Shown: piece after piece, positions 27,408-35,680 of the stretch
Position numbering within the stretch: position 1 is the first letter of the stretch
Layout of the letters: each line of letters begins with the position of its first letter
IMG/VR virus record: IMGVR_UViG_3300048598_000496
Location: 1 to 46,713 of that record
Reading direction: 5' to 3' (one strand)
Length of the DNA: 46,713 nucleotides
Source: a virus
Lineage: Duplodnaviria > Caudoviricetes
Notes under the pieces: generated by a model
Told to the model about the DNA's origin: nothing
What the model saw: the letters and a program-made list of their open reading frames with translations, nothing else
The model's database searches: none
Program-made: the position numbers and the translations under genes

Positions 27408-28652
27408 ATGAGCAACTTAACTTCTCCTAATCTTGATGACCTTCTTCTTGATATTGCCACAGCTATCGAGCTGAGCGACAACGACAGGCAAGTGGCAGAA
27501 AGCCGTTACCGAAAGTTGAAAGAACATCTTGAACGGCCTGACAGCCCGTTCGCCGCCTATCTGACCGACGACAGCGCCCACATCTATCCGCAAGGCTCCA
27601 TTGCCACGGGAACCACTATTGTTAGCGGAACCGAAGACGACCGCTTTGATTTGGATGCGATGGTCGAAGTAAAAGGCGCGGCGCACCTGCCGCCAAGGCA
27701 GGCATTGGATTTGTTGTACGAGTCCTTGAAGAATTTCCCCGGTGCAATTGATGTTGAACGTTGCACGCGATGCGTTCAGATTAAATTCGCCAAAATGCAC
27801 ATGGACGTGTCGATTATGCTGCCTTCTGCCGAGCCGCGTATCCAGCGCGCAGGCGAAATTTTCCATAGTCCGGATAAGGGCGAAGACAAGCTTGTGCCGA
27901 CAAATCCTTTCGGCTTTGCCTCTTGGTTTCGGGCTACTGTCCGCGAAGGCCGTGAAGAGTTTCGGAACACATTGGCGAAGCGTCGCAGTACATACGCCGT
28001 TGATCGTCTTGAGGTCGAACTAACTGCCGCGATGGACGCAAAGCAGGATAAGCTGCCAGTGATCCTGCCGAGCCGGCACGATGCCGAACAATCGGTGGCT
28101 TTGAAGCTGCTGAAACGTTACGTAAACCTTCGCTATGAAGGGCGGAACATGAAAAAACCGCCGTCTATCTATTTGGCCAAACTGGCTGCGGACGTTAATG
28201 TATCTGATCAAGGGCTGTGCGCGCAGCTTGAAGCCTTAGCACACCATGTTCATGACCAGATGGGGTTCAGTCTTGCCACCGGTAAATTTCCTGATGAACG
28301 CAATCCTTCCTACCCTCTTGACAAGTTTAATGATCGTTGGCCGAAAGAGCGCGCCGACATGGAAGCTTTGCAGGCTGACATGTCGGTACTGATTTCTGGC
28401 ATTGAACATCTTAAGACGACAGGCTTTAAGCAAATCGCAGCGACCGTCATTACGCTTTTTGGTGAACGGGTCAGCAGGCGGTCAATTGACGCCTTACTTG
28501 AAAGGGCTACCGCGCCGGTCCATAGTGCAAAGAACCTTTATGAACGTGGGACGGGTGCTCCAATAATGCCAACCGCTGCGTGGTCTGCACGCTCGCTGGC
28601 GGAGACGCCGCGCCAACATTTTCATTGCGGTACGGTTAAGAAAGGCAAGTAA
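27408..28652 (+). CDS. CBASS CD-NTase (cGAS/DncV-like cyclase)
   Basis: YPQGS..GT...FDLD, RC..I...HMDV, TNPFGF..WF, LKLLKR, PPSIYL, NPS..DKFNDRW. Confidence 0.92.
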   Translation: MSNLTSPNLDDLLLDIATAIELSDNDRQVAESRYRKLKEHLERPDSPFAAYLTDDSAHIYPQGSIATGTTIVSGTEDDRFDLDAMVEVKGAAHLPPRQALDLLYESLKNFPGAIDVERCTRCVQIKFAKMHMDVSIMLPSAEPRIQRAGEIFHSPDKGEDKLVPTNPFGFASWFRATVREGREEFRNTLAKRRSTYAVDRLEVELTAAMDAKQDKLPVILPSRHDAEQSVALKLLKRYVNLRYEGRNMKKPPSIYLAKLAADVNVSDQGLCAQLEALAHHVHDQMGFSLATGKFPDERNPSYPLDKFNDRWPKERADMEALQADMSVLISGIEHLKTTGFKQIAATVITLFGERVSRRSIDALLERATAPVHSAKNLYERGTGAPIMPTAAWSARSLAETPRQHFHCGTVKKGK

Positions 28653-28654
28653 GA

Positions 28655-29125
28655 ATGAAGGGGCTGCCCTATCATTCGCGTCCTCGTAGTATAGGGGCGC
28701 AGATCGCCCGGATGAGGCTGTGGCCTAATTTTATGATTGTTGCCCAGACTGCCAAAATTGTGGTCTGGGAGGGGCCGTTGCGGGGATTCCAGCAGTTTTA
28801 TCGCGTCCGGATAACGTGGTGTCCCAGACAAATGGACCTGCCTTATGTCCAGCTTCTTGACCCACCGTTAGAGCCTAGAGAGGCGGGTAAATACGAGAAT
28901 ATCCCGCACCTGATATTCGACGAGGCAAGCCCCTTGACATCGGGCCTATGCCTTTTTGACCCGGACGGACAAGAGTGGTCGCCAAATATGTTGATCGCCG
29001 ACACGACAGTACCATGGGCGGCAAGATGGCTGTATTTTTATGAGTTATGGCACTTTGACGGAATATGGCGTGGAGGTGGAGTTGGAGCAGAGTCAGTCGG
29101 TGCAGCGCGGGCCCAAGCTGTTTAA
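28655..29125 (+). CDS. CBASS-associated single-domain E2-like protein
   Basis: WEGPLR, IPHL, LCLFDP..EW, IADTTVPWAARWLYFYELW..G.W.GGG. Confidence 0.85.
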   Translation: MKGLPYHSRPRSIGAQIARMRLWPNFMIVAQTAKIVVWEGPLRGFQQFYRVRITWCPRQMDLPYVQLLDPPLEPREAGKYENIPHLIFDEASPLTSGLCLFDPDGQEWSPNMLIADTTVPWAARWLYFYELWHFDGIWRGGGVGAESVGAARAQAV

Positions 29126-29135
29126 GGACAGGCGG

Positions 29136-30137
29136 GTGAACACGTTACCAAAACGGCGGGAAAAACTCCCATGGCCGAAAGACCGCCCGTTTAAAATTTT
29201 ATCCCTTGATGGAGGTGGAATCCGTGGACTTTACGGCGCTACCTTGCTGGCGCGTATCGAACAAGAATTAACCCATGGTGAGCCGATATCAAATTACTTT
29301 GATATGGTCAGCGGCACTTCTACCGGCGGGATCATGGCGTTGGCTCTCGGTCTACAAATTCCTGCGGAACGAATTGAGCGCTTATATCGCGAAGATGGTG
29401 GGCGCATTTTTCCTCAAAAAAGGTCATGGAAGTACGCTCCTTGGTTAAAAAAACTAAGGCATATTTTCGGCGCGTTATATGACCATGACGTATTAGAAAA
29501 ACTTCTTTATCGAGAATTTGGCGACAAAACTTTAGGTGACGCTGTTACACGATTGGCTGTCCCCGCATTTATCACGCCAAAAACGGAAATCGCTGTTTTT
29601 AAAACAGACCATCACCCAGATTTTAAGAATGATTGGCGGTCGAAGGCATGGGAAGTAGCGCGAGCGACCTCGGCTGCACCTACATATCTAAATGGTCATG
29701 AGTATGATGATGTAATATTCCTTGATGGTGGCGTCTGGGCCAACAACCCCGTTATGGTTGCGATAGTTGATGTCCTGTCAGCTTATGATGTGTCACGTGA
29801 ACAAATTGAAGTCTTGTCTATCGGAACAGGCAATTTCCCGTTTTCGATAACTCTTTCGAGCGCCAGAAAAGGATTGTGGCGCTGGAAGGAGGTTATTAAA
29901 GGCGCAATGTTTTTAACAACAGATAATGCCCACGCCCAAGCATGTTTGCTGTTGGGACCGGACAAAGTCTTACGATTAGAACCAGGCCCCGATGCCAACA
30001 ACATAGAGCTTGATGACTGGGTTGCGGCTACTGCGCGATTACCTAATATGGCAAACAACCATTTCGAAGAAAACAAAAGCCTCATTGAGCATTTCTTCGC
30101 CAGTAAGGTGTTGCCTAGAGACAGATTTTATACCTAG
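29136..30137 (+). CDS. capV: patatin phospholipase effector (CapV-like)
   Basis: LSLDGGGIRG, GTSTG, ATSAAPTY, DGGVWANNP; GTG start after AAGGA. Confidence 0.92.
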   Translation: MNTLPKRREKLPWPKDRPFKILSLDGGGIRGLYGATLLARIEQELTHGEPISNYFDMVSGTSTGGIMALALGLQIPAERIERLYREDGGRIFPQKRSWKYAPWLKKLRHIFGALYDHDVLEKLLYREFGDKTLGDAVTRLAVPAFITPKTEIAVFKTDHHPDFKNDWRSKAWEVARATSAAPTYLNGHEYDDVIFLDGGVWANNPVMVAIVDVLSAYDVSREQIEVLSIGTGNFPFSITLSSARKGLWRWKEVIKGAMFLTTDNAHAQACLLLGPDKVLRLEPGPDANNIELDDWVAATARLPNMANNHFEENKSLIEHFFASKVLPRDRFYT

Positions 30138-30140
30138 GGA

Positions 30141-30344
30141 TTATAAGATGTTCCGGTACTTAACAAGCAAGTAAGCCGGGATTCCGCCTCCCACTAGTGC
30201 GGCCATAATCGCTGTTGTCCAAAAACCGTATAAATCATGATGGATGATTATGGTTGTTCCTAAGCCTCCACCGATGAGGCCGGTCAGGAAGATAAATATA
30301 AAATCGATTTTACGCTCGATGCGTTTTGCAGTTTCTTCGTCCAT
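30141..30344 (-). CDS. small 2-TM membrane protein
   Basis: Hydrophobic 67 aa; TAATG coupling to the upstream lipoprotein. Confidence 0.6.
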   Translation of the reverse strand: MDEETAKRIERKIDFIFIFLTGLIGGGLGTTIIIHHDLYGFWTTAIMAALVGGGIPAYLLVKYRNIL

Positions 30345-30670
30345 TACCGCACCAATTTGTAGCCTTTTGCCTCTAGGCACTCATTGATGAAGTCATAAGT
30401 GGATTTATTGTAATCGTTTGACCCCATTTTGCTGCCTACCGCACTGCCAGCGAGACCAAGCGTGCCTGTCCATAAGAAGTTACCACTTGAGACGTAGGCG
30501 TCGGCAGCTTGTTTATGTTTTTCTTTCCCCTCGGAGATGCATTGGGCAACATCTTTATCATAGGTGCTATTAGCTGGGCTAATAGAGACCTGTGGGCGAT
30601 AGGTATTCACATCACCACATGCTGACAGCGTTACTGTCGCAACAAGCAAGGCAAAGAAGCTTCGTTTCAT
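30344..30670 (-). CDS. lipoprotein with glycine-zipper-like segment
   Basis: Lipobox TLSAC; D.AQC ... GTLGLAGSAVG ... ECLEAKGY. Confidence 0.75.
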   Translation of the reverse strand: MKRSFFALLVATVTLSACGDVNTYRPQVSISPANSTYDKDVAQCISEGKEKHKQAADAYVSSGNFLWTGTLGLAGSAVGSKMGSNDYNKSTYDFINECLEAKGYKLVR

Positions 30671-30720
30671 ATTAACTCCCCTCTGTTTGGGGCACCCAAC
30701 AATAAAGGGTGCCCGCTGGT

Positions 30721-30871
30721 GGCTGGGAGTTCAAAAATCGCCTATAGACGATCGCAATGGCCTTTAGCCGCGAGGCTTGGACATACGCCACTGCCTCCCA
30801 GCCGTAAGAGCCGGAGGCAGCGTTCGTATCGGCAACGCAAAGTACCGCTATAGGTGGAGTTTTGAAGCCCC
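30721..30871 (-). ncRNA. C4-antisense-like structured leader RNA, copy B
   Basis: Stem ggctgggag/ctcccagcc 30721-30803; ttcaaaa and cctatag complementary to 30848-30866. Confidence 0.7.
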
Positions 30872-30998
30872 GAAGACAAGATTCGCCTTGTCTCTGCGGT
30901 AACTTTAGCGCGAATTATGGCAAAGACAAAGAACTATGCTAACGCCATGAATAAGCGTTATTTTGGTTAATAAATCTTCATTTGTGAAAGGCAGGCGC

Positions 30999-31643
30999 AT
31001 GGCTAGAGCATCCGCAAAATTCGCTGACAAGGAAGCTGACGCTGAACGCAAAAAATGGAACGTCCCCAATTGGCTGAACAAAGAAGAATACGCCGCTGTT
31101 GAAAATGCAAAGGGCGACCGCTTGCGCTGGGAATTTGTGCGCAGAGATACAAAGTATCGCGTGGCTTGGGTGGCCCAAGAAGCATATGGCTATCTTGACT
31201 TTGGGTTAAAGTCATGGGCTGACCCATGCATACAAACTCCACCCAAGTTTATTCGGCCGTGCGCTGTGGTTGAATTTCCTGAGCGTGATCCTGAAAAACA
31301 AGCGCGCCACTATGACGTTTTGGCGTTAAGTAAATCGGAAGGCGGCCTAATAATATCAGTAGATATTTATCATCCTCTCAAACCACAGCTGAAGTTTATC
31401 GAGGCCGTCTATAAGAAAAAGCGAAAACACTACGTCAATAATAAAGAAAAAGCCCCTCGCCCGAACAGAAAAAATAATGTGAATGGTAGGCAGCCCATTA
31501 CCCTTCTTCGAATTCTAGACGCATACAATGAGGGTGTTCCAATTCATGAGATGGCCAATATTTTTGGTGGGAAGAATGGCATAGGTGAGGCTGCCATGCG
31601 CCGAACCGTGGATTATGCAAAAACATTCTGGCGGCGCGTGTAG
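30999..31643 (+). CDS. putative mobile-element transcriptional regulator (DUF6499/DUF2285-like)
   Basis: W...EY..LRWEFVRRD..YR N-terminus; LLRILDA..G..IHEMA C-terminal HTH-like segment. Confidence 0.6.
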   Translation: MARASAKFADKEADAERKKWNVPNWLNKEEYAAVENAKGDRLRWEFVRRDTKYRVAWVAQEAYGYLDFGLKSWADPCIQTPPKFIRPCAVVEFPERDPEKQARHYDVLALSKSEGGLIISVDIYHPLKPQLKFIEAVYKKKRKHYVNNKEKAPRPNRKNNVNGRQPITLLRILDAYNEGVPIHEMANIFGGKNGIGEAAMRRTVDYAKTFWRRV

Positions 31644-31956
31644 ACCTGATGCGCAAATTATACCTCTAAGGTTTCCTTAGCGGGCGAAGACCTGCCTTTG
31701 AGGAGCGTGTATCGCTTCTGCATGGACAGCGATTTGCCAAAACTTAGTGATACTATCGCATCGCGCGCATCGAGGCAGGATTTGACTGTGTCTCCTGCGC
31801 TTGAGGCGTTCATTAAGTTCTTGGCCCGTATCGCGGTCGAAAAACACCTCGCCGCCATGCAGCAAACAGCATCCTCAGCAAGGATAGCTTCGCCACAATG
31901 CGGCGGGGAAGAAAGGCTTGCGCCTCATTTTACCCACAGCAACGAGGAGAAGAAGA

Positions 31957-32397
31957 ATGACTAAATTATCCAATGCAACTCTAAAAATATTTATGGACAG
32001 CGGCCTAACGGCAGAACATGCGGCCCAGATGGGGATTCGGGACGTAGGGACAGAAGAACTTGTTAAGTTGTTTCCTGAATATAAAAAGATTCTGCGCGAT
32101 GAACAGGTCGTTGGTCATGAGATCCCTTACTTCGGTTTAGACGGAAAACCTACAGGCTACGCTCGTTACCGACTGCACGGATGCGATAAATTACCAAAGT
32201 ATCTTCAGCCGAAAGGTACGAAGTCTCAGCTCTATTTTCCACCGTTCCCCTTTCTAGATTGGAAGAAAATTGCCGTAGATACCGCCATTCCTTTGTGCCT
32301 GACCGAAGGAGAACGTAAGGCAGCAAAAGCCTGTTTGTCCGGTATCGTGACGGCGGGGCTTGGTGGGGTTTGGAATTGGCTTAGAAAGGAAGGCTAA
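31957..32397 (+). CDS. primase N-terminal part (DUF3854/TOPRIM), split
   Basis: IPYF, ARYR, KYLQPKG, LYFPP, LCLTEGERKA..GLGGVWNW, then stop. Confidence 0.75.
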   Translation: MTKLSNATLKIFMDSGLTAEHAAQMGIRDVGTEELVKLFPEYKKILRDEQVVGHEIPYFGLDGKPTGYARYRLHGCDKLPKYLQPKGTKSQLYFPPFPFLDWKKIAVDTAIPLCLTEGERKAAKACLSGIVTAGLGGVWNWLRKEG

Positions 32398-32398
32398 G

Positions 32399-33631
32399 AT
32401 GTCTGAACTGATAAAAGATTTCCGCCGCATTGCTTGGGAAAACCGCAAAACAACAATCGTTTTCGATTCTGACATCAAGTTTAATGACAATGTTCAGTTG
32501 GCCTTGTCGAGATTGAAGGACAAGTTGGTTGAGCTTGGTGCTGACCCTTATCGCCGTGACTTGCCACATGATCCTGGCAGCGAGAAAGTTGGCCTCGACG
32601 ACTACCTAAAGAAACACGGCAAACGGGGTCAGAAAGCGTTTGAGAGGTTACCGCTCGTGCCCCTTTTTCGCCACCACATCATAACGGGTGCGGAGCTGGC
32701 ACAACAAAAATTTCCACCGTTACAGTGGGCCATTAAGGGATTGATACCTATCGGGTTAACAATACTCGCAGGGCCGCCGAAGGTAGGTAAGAGCTGGCTT
32801 ATACTGTCTATCATAATGGCGATTGCTACCCATAGTCGGGCGCTGGGGCATTATGAAACGGAGCAAATGGATTGCCTTTATATCGCGCTGGAAGACCCGC
32901 CCCGCAGATTACAGGATCGCATAAGGAAACTGACAGAAGGCCAGCAGAAGATTAACGAGCATACACATTTTGCCACGGAGTGGGAGACGGTAGAAAAGGG
33001 AGGGCTGGAGGCACTGGAACGTAAGCTTGAGAAAATGCCCGCATGCAAAATCGTCTTCATTGATACGTTAGCAAAGATACGTAAGCCCCCGACTGGCAGG
33101 GGCAGCCTTTATCAAGAGGATTATGAAGAGGTCGCCACCTTAAAGCGCATAGCTGATAAGTATGGCGTTGGCGTAGTTGTCGTTCACCACTTACGCAAGG
33201 CTTCTTCAGATGACTATCTAGAACGTGTTTCTGGTTCTACTGGCCTAACTGGTGCGGCGGACACGATCATGGTTCTCGTGCGTGATCGTAGCAACGCGGA
33301 TGGTGTTCTGCATGTAACAGGCAGAGATGTTGCAGAGCAATCCATTGCCCTCAAATTCGATAACGGGCGTTGGACATATCTTGGTGATGCTGTGGAAGTT
33401 AGCATAAGCAATGTACGCGCCGAAATCCTCAAGGTGTTGCATGACGCTGGACGACCTCTTGGTCCGAAGGAAATAGGGTCGATGATTGGCAAACGAGCGG
33501 AGTCTCTGGCGAAGACGCTGAGCCGTATGCGGCAGGCGGGGCTGATTGAATGGCACGATGGCGGGAAATATACGCCGAAGGAACAAAAACAGAAAAAATT
33601 TCATAAACAGGAAAATGGAGGGGATAGGTAG
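32399..33631 (+). CDS. TOPRIM C-terminal part fused to AAA_25/RepA helicase and wHTH
   Basis: IVFDSD, GLDDYL, GPPKVGKS Walker A, VFIDT Walker B, VHHLRK, SGSTGL. Confidence 0.88.
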   Translation: MSELIKDFRRIAWENRKTTIVFDSDIKFNDNVQLALSRLKDKLVELGADPYRRDLPHDPGSEKVGLDDYLKKHGKRGQKAFERLPLVPLFRHHIITGAELAQQKFPPLQWAIKGLIPIGLTILAGPPKVGKSWLILSIIMAIATHSRALGHYETEQMDCLYIALEDPPRRLQDRIRKLTEGQQKINEHTHFATEWETVEKGGLEALERKLEKMPACKIVFIDTLAKIRKPPTGRGSLYQEDYEEVATLKRIADKYGVGVVVVHHLRKASSDDYLERVSGSTGLTGAADTIMVLVRDRSNADGVLHVTGRDVAEQSIALKFDNGRWTYLGDAVEVSISNVRAEILKVLHDAGRPLGPKEIGSMIGKRAESLAKTLSRMRQAGLIEWHDGGKYTPKEQKQKKFHKQENGGDR

Positions 33632-33692
33632 GGTTACGGGTTAGAAGGGTTATGAAGGTTATCGGGTTAGTAACCCGTAACCCTAATAACCC
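33631..33692. repeat. GGGTTA/TAACCC convergent hexamer array, candidate origin iterons
   Basis: GGGTTA at 33631, 33638, 33647, 33664 (AGGTTA 33656); TAACCC at 33671, 33678, 33687. Confidence 0.7.
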
Positions 33693-33765
33693 TTCTTCCC
33701 TGACTAATTCTCTTTGTGATTTGCACTGTTGGAATAAAATGAGTTGGGCAATGAAAGGATTTATT

Positions 33766-35439
33766 ATGCGCGCCGCTACATATGCCCGTTTTAGTACCGA
33801 CAAGCAGTCGGATAATTCGATTGAAGATCAAGAGCGCAACTGCATCCGGTACGCCGAGCGTATGCAAATGGAGGTTTCCTCCCGCTTTGAAGATAAAGCC
33901 ATTAGCGGAGCCAGCAAAGAGCGTCCGGGCTATCAGGCCATGCTTGCGGCGGCGGGGCGTGGAGAATTTGACGTTTTACTCGTTGATGATCTTTCCCGCC
34001 TTTCTCGTGACGAGATTGAGATCAAACAGACCATCCGTCGCTTTAAGTTTCGGCGTATCCGCATCATCGGCGTTAGCGATGGCTATGATAGCGCCACAAA
34101 GGGTGAAAAGATTCAGTCCACCATGCGTGGACTTATGAACGAATTGTATCTGGACGATTTGAAGGAAAAGACGCATCGAGGACTTTATGGCAAAGCGGCG
34201 AATGGGTATAGTGCTGGAGGCAGAACATATGGCTACAAACGTTGCCCGATTGAAAATCCTACCAAGCTTGATGCCAGCGGCAGACCTGAGGTTATTGCCG
34301 TTCGTCGTGTCGTAGATGAAGACGAAGCGAAGTGGGTAAAACAGATTTTTGAATGGTTCGCAGCTGGTCAAAGCCCGAAGCGCATCGCCGCTCGCCTAAA
34401 TGAATTGGGGGTGCCTTCACCGCGTGGAAGTACATGGGCAGCCAGCGCAATCTACGGGGATATGAGCCAAGGCAATGGCCTTTTGAACAATCAGATTTAT
34501 ATCGGATCCTATGTTTGGAACCGATCTGAATGGATTAAAGACCCTGACACAGGCAGGCGGCGGCGGACTGAACGCAAAGAGTCCGATTGGGTCGTAACAC
34601 AAATGCCAGACCTTCGGATCGTGCCACAACCTTTGTGGGATACTGTAAAGGCACGGCAGACCGAGATTCGTGGTAAGTCGGTGGCTCTGCGCAAGGCGCT
34701 AAACAATCCCAATGCGCGTTCCCATACTGGAAAATACCTTTTTTCTGGGTTGCTGAAATGCGGCTGCTGTGGGGCAAATTACACGATGTGTGGCAGTACA
34801 TCTTATGCTTGCGCGACGAATATACAGAGAGGGAATGCCGCTTGTTCCAACCGTCTGCGTGTTCCTCGCCATGTCGTAGAAGACAGGCTTCTGACTTCCA
34901 TTGAGCACGATTTGTTTAGTGAGGAGGCAATCGAGGTCTTTGTACGGGAGGTTGAAACTCTGTTTCTGCAGAAAGCTGCAGAAACGCAACCCGACCGTGA
35001 TAGCCTGAAAAAGCAGCTGGATAGCGCGGAGCGCACCATCGCAAACATTATGTCCGCCATTAAGGCGGGTATTCTTACGCCATCGACTAAAGTTGAGCTG
35101 GAAAAGGCCGAAGCCGCCCGCCTGCACTTCGAAGCGGCGTTAGAAACAACTCCCGCGCCCAGCGGCGAAGCCTTGTTGACCTTTATGCCCCGTGCCAAGC
35201 ACGTATATAAAGAAATGGTAGAAAATTTAAGGGGAGCCCTTTACTGGGACGTTCCAGCGGCTCGACAGACGCTTAAAGCCTTAATTGGGCTAGTTAAGCT
35301 TCGTCCACACCGTCGAGGATACCTGGAAGCGTTGTTACAGCCCAGCGCGGACGGCCTTATGGCGCTGGCAAATGGTAAACAACTTAATGTTGGATTGGTT
35401 GCGGGGATAGGATTTGAACCTATGACCTTCAGGTTATGA
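33766..35439 (+). CDS. large serine recombinase (integrase)
   Basis: YARFST catalytic motif, DLSRLSR, YGY, LFSGLLKCGCCG zinc ribbon; C-terminus LVAGIGFEPMTFRL is read through the antisense tRNA. Confidence 0.95.
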   Translation: MRAATYARFSTDKQSDNSIEDQERNCIRYAERMQMEVSSRFEDKAISGASKERPGYQAMLAAAGRGEFDVLLVDDLSRLSRDEIEIKQTIRRFKFRRIRIIGVSDGYDSATKGEKIQSTMRGLMNELYLDDLKEKTHRGLYGKAANGYSAGGRTYGYKRCPIENPTKLDASGRPEVIAVRRVVDEDEAKWVKQIFEWFAAGQSPKRIAARLNELGVPSPRGSTWAASAIYGDMSQGNGLLNNQIYIGSYVWNRSEWIKDPDTGRRRRTERKESDWVVTQMPDLRIVPQPLWDTVKARQTEIRGKSVALRKALNNPNARSHTGKYLFSGLLKCGCCGANYTMCGSTSYACATNIQRGNAACSNRLRVPRHVVEDRLLTSIEHDLFSEEAIEVFVREVETLFLQKAAETQPDRDSLKKQLDSAERTIANIMSAIKAGILTPSTKVELEKAEAARLHFEAALETTPAPSGEALLTFMPRAKHVYKEMVENLRGALYWDVPAARQTLKALIGLVKLRPHRRGYLEALLQPSADGLMALANGKQLNVGLVAGIGFEPMTFRL

Positions 35440-35444
35440 GCCTG
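35396..35444 (-). pseudogene. tRNA-Met(CAT), initiator type, 3' 49-nt fragment (att site)
   Basis: Minus strand caggctCATaacctgaaggtcataggttcaaatcctatccccgcaacca; 5' acceptor strand and D arm absent. Confidence 0.88.
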
Positions 35445-35680
35445 CTTTTCTGTTCCCAATGCACCTTGTAACATGCTGTTCTAAAACTTATTTTATCGAT
35501 TATACGATGGCGCATAAAATATTGCCCTAAATTATGCCCTAGGTTTTTGGCGTTTCGAGCCAGAATCCGCCGAAAATGCCCTAAAACCTCTCCACGCCCA
35601 TAAACCCTCGAAACAATCCGCGTTTCTGGCCCTTTTCTGGCGAAGATCGCCACCTGAAGAGCTTCCGGCAACCACACGCC

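Larger units (their letters stand above)
25864..35407. mobile_element. integrative satellite-like island (about 9.5 kb) at tRNA-fMet
   Basis: 15-bp direct repeat gattggttgcgggga at 25864-25878 and 35393-35407; contains recombinase, primase/helicase and CBASS. Confidence 0.85.

Noticed and set aside
31698-31964. AlpA or excisionase gene
   Set aside because: Position fits but no HTH motif is recognisable; may be a small real ORF, left uncalled
35396-35470. Intact tRNA-Met gene
   Set aside because: Similarity ends at 35444; no D arm or 5' acceptor strand
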